A stretch of 63,995 bases of DNA, the filler included, from an uncultured bacterium (GTDB lineage: Bacteria > DAOPZR01): assembly GCA_964637655.1 (NCBI GenBank). It is 5 parts of 5 records of this genome, joined end to end, with 100 filler letters (N's around TTAATTAATTAA, not from the genome) between each part and the next. Parts side by side here need not be neighbours in the genome. Positions count along the whole stretch, not along the records: positions 26,323 to 39,330 come from CAZWUZ010000089.1; 4 more parts are not named here. One strand, 5' to 3'. Below, piece after piece: positions 26,594 through 38,276 of this stretch; positions within the stretch are counted from its first letter, which is position 1; each line of letters opens with the position of its first letter. Below the pieces are notes generated by a model, which saw nothing but the letters and a program-made list of their open reading frames with translations, had not been told where the DNA came from and did no database searches. A program made the translations under genes and the position numbers.

Positions 26594-27571
26594 ATGGGTC
26601 ATCTCTGGCAGCCCGGTGCGGTCGTGGCGGTGTGCAGCAGCGACCGTACCGGCATCCCGAAGACCGCCGTGGCGACGGCGGAACTGCGCGCGGCGCACGG
26701 TATCGTCGGCGATGCGCACGCGGGGAGCGGGCGGCAGGTATCGCTGCTCGACGCGGCGGCCGTGCGCGCGTTCGCCGCGGCCAACCCGTCTCTCGACCTG
26801 CCCCCGGGCAGCTTCGGGGAGAATCTGCTCATCGACGGCATCGACTGGGCAACACTGGCGGTCGGAACACGCCTGCAGATCGGCAGCGCGCGGCTGGAAA
26901 TCACGCAGCGCGGCAAGGAGTGCCACGGCGACGGGTGCGCCATCCGCCAGGCGGCGGGTGACTGCATCATGCCGGTGCAGGGACTGTTCGCGCGCGTGCT
27001 GACTGACGGCAGCGTGCATGCCGGCGACCCCGTGTGGGTGCCGGTGCACAACTTTGTGCTCGGTCTGCTCACCGTGAGCGACCGCGGCAGCCGCGGTGAG
27101 ACGACGGACGCGAGCGGCGACCTGCTGGCGGAGCTGCTTACCCCGCTCGGTGAGGTGGCGGCGCGCGCGCTGCTCCCGGACGAACCGGAGCGCATCAGCG
27201 CGCTGCTGCGCGAGTGGTGCGATGCCCCGTCCGCGCCGGCGCTCATCGTGACGACCGGCGGCACCGGGCTGTCGCCGCGCGACACCACTCCCGAGGCGAC
27301 GCGCGCGGTGCTCGAGCGCGAGGCGCCCGGCCTGATGGAGTACGCGCGGGCGCAGGGGGGACGCGACAACCCGGCGGCGTATCTCAGCCGCGGCGTGGCG
27401 GGTACGCGCGGCCGCACGCTTATCCTCAACCTGCCGGGGAGCGTGCGCGCGGTGCGTGAGTCGCTCGCCGCGCTCATGCCGCTGCTGCCGCACGCGCTGC
27501 AGACGCTGCAGGGGAGCGTGCATGACTGCGGGCGGGCGCACGGCGGCTGCGGAGGGTGCCACCATGGCTGA
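26594..27571 (+). CDS. MOSC domain + MogA/MoaB molybdopterin-binding fusion
   Basis: GIVGDAHAG, RQVSLL, FGEN, GKECH; TVSD, TTGGTG.SPRD.TPEAT, NLPGS. Confidence 0.92.
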   Translation: MGHLWQPGAVVAVCSSDRTGIPKTAVATAELRAAHGIVGDAHAGSGRQVSLLDAAAVRAFAAANPSLDLPPGSFGENLLIDGIDWATLAVGTRLQIGSARLEITQRGKECHGDGCAIRQAAGDCIMPVQGLFARVLTDGSVHAGDPVWVPVHNFVLGLLTVSDRGSRGETTDASGDLLAELLTPLGEVAARALLPDEPERISALLREWCDAPSAPALIVTTGGTGLSPRDTTPEATRAVLEREAPGLMEYARAQGGRDNPAAYLSRGVAGTRGRTLILNLPGSVRAVRESLAALMPLLPHALQTLQGSVHDCGRAHGGCGGCHHG

Positions 27572-27786
27572 ACACCGGCGGCGCATTTCGCTCTGGGAAC
27601 GCCTGGTCGAGGGAAAATCGGGGCATCGCGTCAGGCGCATCAACAACCCGGGCGAAATTGCCCTGCGCCTGTTCATCATCGTCGCCATCCTGCTGGTCAT
27701 CGTCTATGTGGTCGTGCTGGGCGTCCGTACCTTCGGCGGCAATGGCGACGACGGCACGCTGGCGCCGCTGCCCCCCGAGGTGGCCG

Positions 27787-27797
<11 letters not shown>
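27564..27797 (+). CDS. Small single-TM hypothetical protein
   Basis: GGAGG RBS; hydrophobic helix; overlaps both neighbouring genes. Confidence 0.6.
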
Positions 27798-29807
<2,010 letters not shown>

Positions 29808-29811
<4 letters not shown>

Positions 29812-32453
29812 CCGGACTGTCGGCAAAACTGGCGGTTGCTGTCGCCGGGTGGCGTGCGGCGGGGTATCCCTGTCCCGGGCATCCGGCAATTGCCGAACTG
29901 CTGGATTGGGCACAGGAAGATGCCACCGGCACGTCGCGGTACCTGCGCCGGCCGCAAGTGCGGGCACTGGAAACCTATTGGTATGTCCGCTTGGTTCTCA
30001 ACACGCCGCACATTCTCGACCTGTACCGCCTGTTGTATCCGAAAAGTTCGGAATTGCGCAAGGCGCTGGGACTGGAAGGCGAGCGGGTGCTTGAACTTAT
30101 TGAGGATTCAGGCCTGCCGGAAGTACTGACACGGATACAAAACGATGATGCGTTTGTGCGCGAGTGCAAGTTGGAGGCGTTGCGCGAGACGCTGAACCTC
30201 GACTATCCAAGTTATATTCTCGCTCTGGCGATGGGTGCCGGAAAAACCGTGCTGATCGGGGCGATCATCGCCACGGAATTTGCTCTGGCCATGGAATATC
30301 CTGACGGACCGTTTGTGCGTAACGCGCTGGTTTTTGCACCGGGGAAAACCATTATCGAGGCGTTGCGCGAACTGGCAGCCATGCCGTACGAAAAAATTCT
30401 GCCGCCGCGCTGGCATAAGACGTTTGCTGCCTCGGTCAAACTGACCTTTACCCGCGATGGAGAGCGCAATATCCCGGTTATTCCCGGTTCGCAGTGGAAT
30501 GTGGTGGTGACCAACACCGAGAAAATCCGCATTCAGAAGGAAACTATCCGCAAGGCCGAACTGGGCGGATTGTTGACGGCTGGCAATGAAGATGCGGCAC
30601 GGTGTGAAGTGGCCAATCTGCGCCTGCAGACGATTGCCAGTTTGCCGCATCTCGCGGTCTTTTCCGATGAGGCGCATCATACCTACGGGCAGTCGATGGG
30701 CAGCGAACTGAAACGGGTGCGCCAGACGGTTGATTATCTCGCGGCCAAAACCAACATGCTGTGCGTGGTCAACACCACCGGCACGCCGTTTTTCGAGCGG
30801 CAACCGCTGCGCGACGTAATTATCTGGTACGGTCTTTCCGAGGGCATTTGTGACGGGATACTCAAGGATGTGGCGGGCAATATCCAGGCCTACGATTTTT
30901 CCGACAATACCGCCGAGTACGTGCGGCATATTATTGCCGATTTTTTCCGCGATTACGGTGACGTGACGTTGCCTGATGGTTCGCCCGCTAAACTGGCGGT
31001 CTATTTTCCGCAAACGGATGACCTCAAGGAACTGAAACCGGTCATTGATGCGGCGCTGCTCGCCGCAGGCCAGAGTCCGGCGCTGGCTCTGGTCAACACG
31101 TCCGATGAATCGATGACCAGAACTGCTGACATCGATGCGTTCAACCGGCTCAATGACCCCGCTGCGCCGCATCGGGTCATGCTGCTGGTCAACAAGGGGA
31201 CTGAGGGGTGGAATTGTCCGTCGCTGTTTGCCTGTGCCCTGGCGCGCAAATTGAAAAGTTCTAATAATTTCGTGCTGCAGGCAGCGACGCGGTGCCTGCG
31301 TCAGGTGGCAGGCAATGACGTCAAGGCCCGGATTTATCTTTCGGCTGATAATTTCAATGTGCTTGACCGGCAATTGCGCGAAACCTACGGCGAGGATATC
31401 GCCTGCCTGAACCACGCGGCTCAGGATACGCGCCGGACGCGGATTGTGCTCACCAAACTCGATGTGCCGCCGGTAGTCATTACCCGCACCGTGCGTGTGG
31501 TGGAACGGGGGACATCGTCTGACGCCGCGGTGCATCTGCAGCGGCCGCTGCGGGCGGCACGCACCATGACGAAAACCACCTATACCGTGGCCGACGCCAC
31601 GGCGGCGTATGGCGTGCTGCGTGCGATTGGTGATGGTGAAACGATTATAACCACGCAGTCATTGACAGTGTATGAAGTGGCGAGCGCCTTGTCAGGCACG
31701 TATCGGCTGGATTTGTGGCAGGTGGTTGATGCATTGCGCGCAGTGTATGGTACGGGCGACATACCTGATACGCACGTGCCGGCGCTGGCGGAACAGCTTG
31801 AGGAGCAGTTCCGCACGTATACTGTGCGCGAGGAGAAGGTTGAAGTGGCGCTGGCGCTGGTCAAACCGGAGGGCTTCACGCGGGCCACGCTGCCTGACGG
31901 CGCGGAGGTCTTTACCGCGGAAATCATCTATCATAAGGATCACGAAAAATATCTGCTGGCGGCGGAAAAACTTTGCGCGACCAATCCCGGCGGCTACGGT
32001 TTTCATTATACGCCGTATCAGTTCGATTCGATGCCGGAAATGGCGTTTTTCGAGCAGTTGCTTACCGAACTGAATCTCAAACCGCATCAGGTGGAGGACT
32101 TCTATTTTACCGGTGGGCTTACTGCGGCTGACAAAACCGACTTTTTCATTGAATATCGTGATGTGAAAGGCAGGTGGCGGCATTACACACCGGATTTTGT
32201 CATCCGGCAGAAGCCGCCACGCGGCGGCAAACGCGGTACCGGCAAGGTCTATATCGTCGAAGTCAAGGCGGAACGCGAACGCAGCGATGCGCTTGACGGC
32301 GAAAACGGGAAGAAGGCCATGGCCATCCGCGCCTGGGAAAAGCTCAATCCTGACCGGCTCAAATACCAGATGATTTTTACCGCCACCACTACCGTGCCGG
32401 GAGAAGCATTGGCGCCGGTACGTGCATTTGTGGCAGGTGAAAGCAATGCATAA
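29808..32453 (+). CDS. Type III restriction enzyme, Res subunit (SF2 helicase + PD-(D/E)xK nuclease)
   Basis: AMGAGKT, DEAHH, EGW, QAATRCLR, YTPDF...IVEVK. Confidence 0.88.
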
Positions 32454-32496
32454 CCTTTTGCCATTGCTGGGGACAATGACCATGGCTAAGAAAGTA

Positions 32497-32526
32497 TTGA
32501 CAAAAAGCCGATTAGTGTGGTATAAG
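32497..32526 (+). promoter_or_regulatory. Strong sigma70-type promoter
   Basis: TTGACA (32497-32502), 18-nt spacer, extended -10 TGnTATAAG (hexamer 32521-32526). Confidence 0.8.
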
Positions 32527-32529
32527 TAC

Positions 32530-32604
32530 GGTAGCAATACCACCCCTTGTAGCTTCGGCGAACGGGCGCGGAGCCGTTTCGCAAGAAACGGCTCCTGCTG
32601 TTTT
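32530..32604 (+). ncRNA. Candidate structured RNA/leader: three tetraloop hairpins, the last terminator-like
   Basis: GGTA-GCAA-TACC; CCC-TTGTA-GC-TTCG-GC-GAAC-GGG; GGAGCCGTTTC-GCAA-GAAACGGCTCC followed by TGCTGTTTT. Confidence 0.7.
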
Positions 32605-32615
32605 CAGGTCATCCC

Positions 32616-33245
32616 ATGCTAAAAACCAATGTGTATATAGATGCGTTCAATCTCTATTACGGCATCCTGCAAGGCAGCAAATGTAAATGGCTGGATGTGC
32701 GAAAACTGGCGGCGATATTGCTGCCCAAACATCAAATTGTCAAAATCAAATATTTCACTGCCCTGGTCAATGCGCGTGAAAATGATCCGGACCAACCCAT
32801 GCGGCAGCAGATGTATTTGCGCGCACTCGGTACACTTCCGGAAGTCGAGATATACTATGGCCATTTTTTGACCAACTCTGTGGCAATGCCGCTGGTTGAA
32901 CCGCTCGTAGATGGCACGAAGTATGTCAAAGTCATTAAAACCGAAGAGAAGGGTTCGGATGTCAATCTTGCCAGTCAGTTATTGCGGGACGGATTCATGA
33001 ACAGTTATGAGTGTGCAGTTTTGGTGACAGGCGATTCCGATCTGCTGATGCCAATGAAAATTGTCCGGGAAGAGTTGCACAAGCCGGTGGGGGTGGTCAA
33101 CCCGCGCACCAAACCGTCCCGGATAATGCAGCGCCATGCGACTTTCTACAAGCACATACGCCATTCGGCATTGTTGGCGGCGCAATTTCCAGATGAATTA
33201 CACGATGCGCAGGGTATATTCCACAAACCAGAGAAGTGGAGTTAA
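32616..33245 (+). CDS. NYN domain (LabA/DUF88, PIN-like) ribonuclease
   Basis: VYIDAFNLYY, EEKGSDVNLA and VTGDSDL acidic motifs all intact. Confidence 0.92.
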   Translation: MLKTNVYIDAFNLYYGILQGSKCKWLDVRKLAAILLPKHQIVKIKYFTALVNARENDPDQPMRQQMYLRALGTLPEVEIYYGHFLTNSVAMPLVEPLVDGTKYVKVIKTEEKGSDVNLASQLLRDGFMNSYECAVLVTGDSDLLMPMKIVREELHKPVGVVNPRTKPSRIMQRHATFYKHIRHSALLAAQFPDELHDAQGIFHKPEKWS

Positions 33246-35333
33246 ATGATGGCAACTAAGAAAAAGAAAGTCACGGCGAAAAAAGCGGCCAAACCGGCAG
33301 AGGCCAAAGTTAAATCGGCGGCGCCGGTGAAGAAAGCGGAAGTCAGGATCGCGGCGGCCAAGGGCCGGCCGATGCTGACCTGGGTGGGAAAGCGGCCGCT
33401 GACCACGGTTACCGCCTTTCCGGCGCAGGCGGTCGAGTCCTTTGCCCCGGCCGGCAGCGTGGCCGCGGCGGGCGAGGCGTGGCGTGACTGGCCGAGCCAG
33501 TATCCGAAGGGTGGCCTGCTCTTTCATGGCGACAACAAGGAAGTTCTGGCCCATTTGCTGGCGAACGGTTTTCGCGGCAAGGTGAACCTGATTTACATCG
33601 ATCCGCCGTTTGACAGCGGCGCTGACTATGTGCGCAAGGTGGCGCTGCGCGGGGCAACGGGCAGCGCTAAACTAGCCGGCGAAACCTATACGCTGGGCGA
33701 GCAGATCCAGTACACCGACATCTGGGCCAACGATAATTACCTGCAATTCATGTACGAGCGGCTGTTGATACTAAAATCCCTTTTAAGTGACGACTGTGCG
33801 ATCTTTCTGCATTGCGATTGGAAGCGTACACACTTATTACGATGCCTGCTTGATGAGGTTTTTGGTTCAGAGTCTTTTCGCAATGAGATTATTCGTGTAA
33901 AGTGCAATCCCAAAAATTCGAAACGCAAAGCATTTGGCAACATCCATGACTGTGTACTGTTCTATTGTAACGGCACGAGTGAAGATCGTACTTGGAATAT
34001 GCAGCGTGATGAAACTGACACAGAAGACGTCACACGTCTCTTTAGTAAAGTCGACCCAAGAACCGGAAGACGATACACAACTGTAGCATTACACGCTCGT
34101 GGAACTCGTAGTGCGAGCAGAGACAGTGGAAAGCCGTGGCGTGGATTAGAGCCTCCGCCCGGTCGGCATTGGGCATATTTGCATTCTGAGTTAGACCGAT
34201 TTGATGCCGAAGGACACATTGAATGGTCTTCTTCGGGAAATCCACGTCTTATCCGCTACGCCGATGAGAAGGATGGCGATCTGGTTCAAGATATCTGGAC
34301 CATGAAAGATCCAGATGAAGACGAATACCCAACGGAAAAACCAGAGGAACTTATCGATAGAGTGATTCGTGCGACAACCAATCATGGTGACCTTGTCCTC
34401 GATTGTTTCGGTGGGTCGGGGACGACGGCGGCGGTGGCGCAGAAACTCGGGCGGCGGTGGATTGCCTGCGATATCAACAAGGGCGCTATCCAGACCACCA
34501 GCAAACGCCTGCAGGGCATCATCAGCGAGCAGATAGCCGCGCACCAGACGAAGGTGCCGGCGTTACCGCTTGGCGACAGCAAAGCAGCGGCGACGATACC
34601 GCCGCCGGCGCAAAGTTCTTTCTCCGTCTGGCGGGTCAACGATTACGACCTTGCCATTCAGCATAATGAGGCGGTCAATCTCGCCTGCGAGCATATCGGG
34701 GTCGAACGCACGCGCGGCGACGGTTTTTTTGACGGCACACAGGGCAAGAAACTGGTCAAGGTCATTCCCTTCGGGCATCCGCTGACGCCGCTCGATTGCG
34801 AGGAAATCAAGCGCGAACTGGATGCGCGGCCCGAAGAGGATCGCGCGGTATTGGTGGTTTGTCTCGGCATGGAATTGGCCGCCGGCGTCTGGCTTGAGGA
34901 ATGGAACCGCCTGCGCAAGGGCAAGGACGCAGCCAACCGCATTGAGGTGATTGAACTGCGCACTGACCAGCGTTACGGCGCGTTCATTCGCCACGAACCG
35001 GCACGGGCGCGGGTCACATTCGGCCGGTCGAAGGACCAGCTGAAAATCGAAATTACCGATTTCATTTCCCCCAGCATTCTCGAACGCCTGCGCCAGCAGT
35101 CAGGTGTAGTGGCGCCAAAAATTGACGATTGGCGGGCCATGGTTGACAGTGTGATGATCGATACCGCCTACGATGGCAAACTGTTCAATGTTGTGGTGGC
35201 TGATATTCCGGAAAAGAAAAGCGAATATGTGCGCGGTGCTTATGCATTGCCCGCTCCGGTCGGGCAAACTACAATCGCCATCAAGATAACCGACATGCTG
35301 GGCGAAGAGGTGTTGATATGCCAAGCGCTGTAA
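33246..35333 (+). CDS. Type III RM site-specific DNA methyltransferase (Mod)
   Basis: GDN, LIYIDPPF, YPTEKPE.L, LDCFGGSGTT, C-terminal IKITDMLGEE. Confidence 0.92.
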   Translation: MMATKKKKVTAKKAAKPAEAKVKSAAPVKKAEVRIAAAKGRPMLTWVGKRPLTTVTAFPAQAVESFAPAGSVAAAGEAWRDWPSQYPKGGLLFHGDNKEVLAHLLANGFRGKVNLIYIDPPFDSGADYVRKVALRGATGSAKLAGETYTLGEQIQYTDIWANDNYLQFMYERLLILKSLLSDDCAIFLHCDWKRTHLLRCLLDEVFGSESFRNEIIRVKCNPKNSKRKAFGNIHDCVLFYCNGTSEDRTWNMQRDETDTEDVTRLFSKVDPRTGRRYTTVALHARGTRSASRDSGKPWRGLEPPPGRHWAYLHSELDRFDAEGHIEWSSSGNPRLIRYADEKDGDLVQDIWTMKDPDEDEYPTEKPEELIDRVIRATTNHGDLVLDCFGGSGTTAAVAQKLGRRWIACDINKGAIQTTSKRLQGIISEQIAAHQTKVPALPLGDSKAAATIPPPAQSSFSVWRVNDYDLAIQHNEAVNLACEHIGVERTRGDGFFDGTQGKKLVKVIPFGHPLTPLDCEEIKRELDARPEEDRAVLVVCLGMELAAGVWLEEWNRLRKGKDAANRIEVIELRTDQRYGAFIRHEPARARVTFGRSKDQLKIEITDFISPSILERLRQQSGVVAPKIDDWRAMVDSVMIDTAYDGKLFNVVVADIPEKKSEYVRGAYALPAPVGQTTIAIKITDMLGEEVLICQAL

Positions 35334-35366
35334 TCCGGCTTGTATCCCGGCAAAGGCAATTACAGG

Positions 35367-35386
35367 ATTCCCGCATTCGCGGGAAT
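35367..35386. repeat. ATTCCC-N8-GGGAAT palindromic (dRS3/REP-like) unit
   Basis: ATTCCC GCATTCGC GGGAAT between mod and nadC. Confidence 0.6.
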
Positions 35387-35403
35387 GACGGATTGTAACG
35401 GTC

Positions 35404-36243
35404 ATGATAATTGAACCGGTGGCAGCAGAAATCATCAGCGACATTGTCGAGCGGGCATTGGCGGAGGATCGCGCGACGGAGGATATCACCTCGCGCTTTA
35501 CCGTGGCGGGCCGGCAGGGGAGCGCGCGACTGGTCGCGCGCAAGGCGGGTGTGGCCTGCGGGCTCCCCTGTGTCAGCGAGGTTTACCGCCAGCTGGGCGG
35601 GGTGACGGTGACGCCGCGCCTTACGGACGGAATCCGCCTGACCCCGGGCGATACGCTGGCCGAGCTGCGCGGCGACCTGGCCATGCTGCTGGCGGGGGAA
35701 CGTACTGCGCTCAACTTCGCCACGCACCTGTCGGGCATCGCCACGCTGACAGCGGAATACGTCGCGGCGGTGGCGGGGACGCATGCGAAGATTTACGATA
35801 CGCGCAAGACCATACCCGGCCTGCGCGCGCTGGCGAAGTATGCCGTGCGCTGCGGCGGCGGTGAGAACCACCGCATGGACCTTGCCGCGATGGCGCTGGT
35901 CAAGGACAATCACGCCGCGGCCTGCGGGTCGCCCGCGCGGGCGGCACGGCAGGTCAAACCGCATCTCCCGGCGGGGGTGCGGCTGCAGGTGGAGATCGAC
36001 GACGTCGCTGACCTCGAGGAGGTCATCGCCGCCGGGGCTGACCTCGTGCTGCTCGACAACATGACGCCGGCGGTGGTGGCGGCGGCGGTGCGCGCGGCGC
36101 ACGGGCGGGTCGAACTCGAGGTGTCGGGCGGGGTGTCGCTGGCGACGGTGCGCGCCTATGCGCTGACCGGTGTCGACCGCATCTCGGTCGGCGCGCTCAC
36201 CCATTCGGCGCCGCACCTCGACCTGGCGCTGGATATGGCATGA
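35404..36243 (+). CDS. nadC: Nicotinate-nucleotide pyrophosphorylase (carboxylating)
   Basis: ERTALN, DTRKTIPGLR, KYAV..GGG.NHR, KDNH, LLDNM, SVGALTHS. Confidence 0.96.
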   Translation: MIIEPVAAEIISDIVERALAEDRATEDITSRFTVAGRQGSARLVARKAGVACGLPCVSEVYRQLGGVTVTPRLTDGIRLTPGDTLAELRGDLAMLLAGERTALNFATHLSGIATLTAEYVAAVAGTHAKIYDTRKTIPGLRALAKYAVRCGGGENHRMDLAAMALVKDNHAAACGSPARAARQVKPHLPAGVRLQVEIDDVADLEEVIAAGADLVLLDNMTPAVVAAAVRAAHGRVELEVSGGVSLATVRAYALTGVDRISVGALTHSAPHLDLALDMA

Positions 36244-37112
36244 GCGAACTGCGCCTGCTGCATGAGGAAACCACCCGCGTCATCGGGCGGCGGGTCTGGT
36301 TTGTCGACGATTGTGAATCGACCAATGACCTGGCGGTGACGGAGCGCGCGCGGCTGCAGCATGGCGATGTCCTCTGGGCCGGGACGCAGCGGCGCGGGCG
36401 CGGGCGTCAGGGACGTGTATGGTTCACGCCGCGCGGTTCGCTCGCGCTGACCGTGGTGCTGCGCACCGCGGCGGCGGCGCCATCGGGAACTGCGAACGGA
36501 GAGGAGCGGCCGTCGATGCGCTGCACGCCGGCGGCGCATCCTGACGGGACTGCCGCAGATACAGCGCAGCCGTCGATGCGTTGCACGCCGGCGGCGCATC
36601 CCGCGCATCTGCCGCTGGTGCTCGCGCTGGGCATTGTGCGCTGGCTGGCGACGCAGGGGGTGACGGCGCAGGTCAAGTGGCCGAACGATGTCTACCTGCT
36701 CGGGCGTAAACTGGCAGGCATTCTCACCGAGGGTGGTGAGCAGCACGGCACGTGGGAGCTGCGGGTCGGCATCGGCATGAATGTCTGCGTGCCGGACGCG
36801 GACTTTCCCGCGGAGGTGCGGGACGCGGCCATTTCGCTGCTGCAGGCGCAGTGCGGATTGACTCCGCGGCAGGCGCTCGACGGCATGCTCCCCTTCCTTG
36901 ACGCGGTATGGCAGGAGGAGGAGCGTGGCGGCTGGCCGCTGCTGCGCGCGGAATGCGAGCGCGTCCTGCTCTGGCGTCAGCAGCGCGTGCGCGCGGTGAG
37001 CGGCACGACGGTGACGGAGGGTATGCTGCAGGGACTGACGGATGCGGGGTTCCTGCAGCTCGATACGGGAACGCTATGCGCGGGTGACATCAGCCCGCTG
37101 ACAGGTGACTGA
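36240..37112 (+). CDS. birA: Biotin-[acetyl-CoA carboxylase] ligase with an in-frame repeat insertion
   Basis: STN, Q..GRGRQGRVW, KWPND, KLAGIL, GIGMN; no N-terminal HTH. Confidence 0.9.
   Translation: MSELRLLHEETTRVIGRRVWFVDDCESTNDLAVTERARLQHGDVLWAGTQRRGRGRQGRVWFTPRGSLALTVVLRTAAAAPSGTANGEERPSMRCTPAAHPDGTAADTAQPSMRCTPAAHPAHLPLVLALGIVRWLATQGVTAQVKWPNDVYLLGRKLAGILTEGGEQHGTWELRVGIGMNVCVPDADFPAEVRDAAISLLQAQCGLTPRQALDGMLPFLDAVWQEEERGGWPLLRAECERVLLWRQQRVRAVSGTTVTEGMLQGLTDAGFLQLDTGTLCAGDISPLTGD
36509..36601. repeat. Two 33-bp palindromic direct repeats (60-bp period) inside birA
   Basis: GCCGTCGATGCG(C/T)TGCACGCCGGCGGCGCATCC at 36509 and 36569. Confidence 0.9.
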
Positions 37113-37113
37113 T

Positions 37114-37878
37114 ATGCGGCTGCTGGCGGTGGATATCGGCAATACCAACATGGTGGCAGGGTTGTTTGACAACGACACGCTGACGGGACGCTGGCGCATC
37201 GCCTCGGCACCGCCGCGTACGGGGGACGAGTACGCGGTGGTGCTGGCCGGGTTCCTGCACCGTCAGGAACGGGTGGATGCGGCAGTCATCGGCAGCGTCG
37301 TGCCGCAACTGACCGGGGCGCTGACCGCAGCAGTGCGTGCGGTCTGTGCGGTGGAACCGCTGGTCATCCGCAGCGGCATGCCGCTCCCCGTTGCGGTCGC
37401 CTACGCGCAACCGGAGCAGGTGGGTCCCGACCGCATCGCCAATGCCATGGCGGCGCGTGAACTGTACGGGGCGCCCGCCATCGTCATCGATTTCGGCACG
37501 GCGACGACGTTCGAGGTGCTCGACGCGGAGGGACGCTTTCTCGGCGGCGCCATCCTGCCCGGCATGCGTGTCGGACTGGAAGGCCTCTTTTCCCGCACTG
37601 CGCTGCTGGCAAGCACCGAGATCAACAAGCCGGATGTCGCCATCGGGCGGACGACCGCGGACTGCATCCGCAGCGGTGTCTACCATGGCACGCTCGGCAG
37701 TATCCGCGAGATCCTGCGGCAGATCCGGCTGGAACTGGGGGGCGCACCGAAGGTTATCGCCACCGGCGGCCTGTACCGCATTCTGCAGGAGACCGATCTG
37801 TTCGATGTGGTTGACCAGGACCTGACGCTCAAGGGGCTGCGCCTGCTGCACGCGCGGCTGCAGGAGGCGCAGCGGTGA
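37114..37878 (+). CDS. coaX: Type III pantothenate kinase
   Basis: VDIGNTN, SVVP, GPDR, IDFGTATT, GGAILPG, IATGG. Confidence 0.96.
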   Translation: MRLLAVDIGNTNMVAGLFDNDTLTGRWRIASAPPRTGDEYAVVLAGFLHRQERVDAAVIGSVVPQLTGALTAAVRAVCAVEPLVIRSGMPLPVAVAYAQPEQVGPDRIANAMAARELYGAPAIVIDFGTATTFEVLDAEGRFLGGAILPGMRVGLEGLFSRTALLASTEINKPDVAIGRTTADCIRSGVYHGTLGSIREILRQIRLELGGAPKVIATGGLYRILQETDLFDVVDQDLTLKGLRLLHARLQEAQR

Positions 37879-38276
37879 TCCTCGGCATCGGCTGCGATTT
37901 CGCCGACGACGCGCGCATCGCCGACATCATTGCGCGGCGTGAAGAGGGATTTTTGCAGCGCGTTTTCACGGAGACCGAACGCACGTACTGCAGCGCGCGG
38001 GTCAACCCCGCGCCGCATTACGCCGCGCGCTTCGCCGCCAAGGAGGCGCTCTTCAAGGCGCTGGGGACGGGCTGGGCGCAGGGGGTGTCGTGGCTCGATG
38101 CCGAGGTGACCAACCTGCCGTCGGGCGAGCCGCAACTGACGCTGCGCGGCGCCGCGGCGGACATCCTGCAGAAAAAATGCGCGCCGGGAACGACCGCGCG
38201 CGTGCTGCTGTCGCTGTCGCATGCGGGTGAGATGTCGATGGCGATGGTGGTGCTCGAACAATGCGCATCCTGCTGA
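37875..38276 (+). CDS. acpS: Holo-ACP synthase
   Basis: GIGCD, VFTETE, ARFAAKEA.FKALGTG, SLSH. Confidence 0.95.
   Translation: MILGIGCDFADDARIADIIARREEGFLQRVFTETERTYCSARVNPAPHYAARFAAKEALFKALGTGWAQGVSWLDAEVTNLPSGEPQLTLRGAAADILQKKCAPGTTARVLLSLSHAGEMSMAMVVLEQCASC

Noticed and set aside
26594..27571. MOSC-MogA fusion
   Set aside because: Known architecture beside moaC in many anaerobes.
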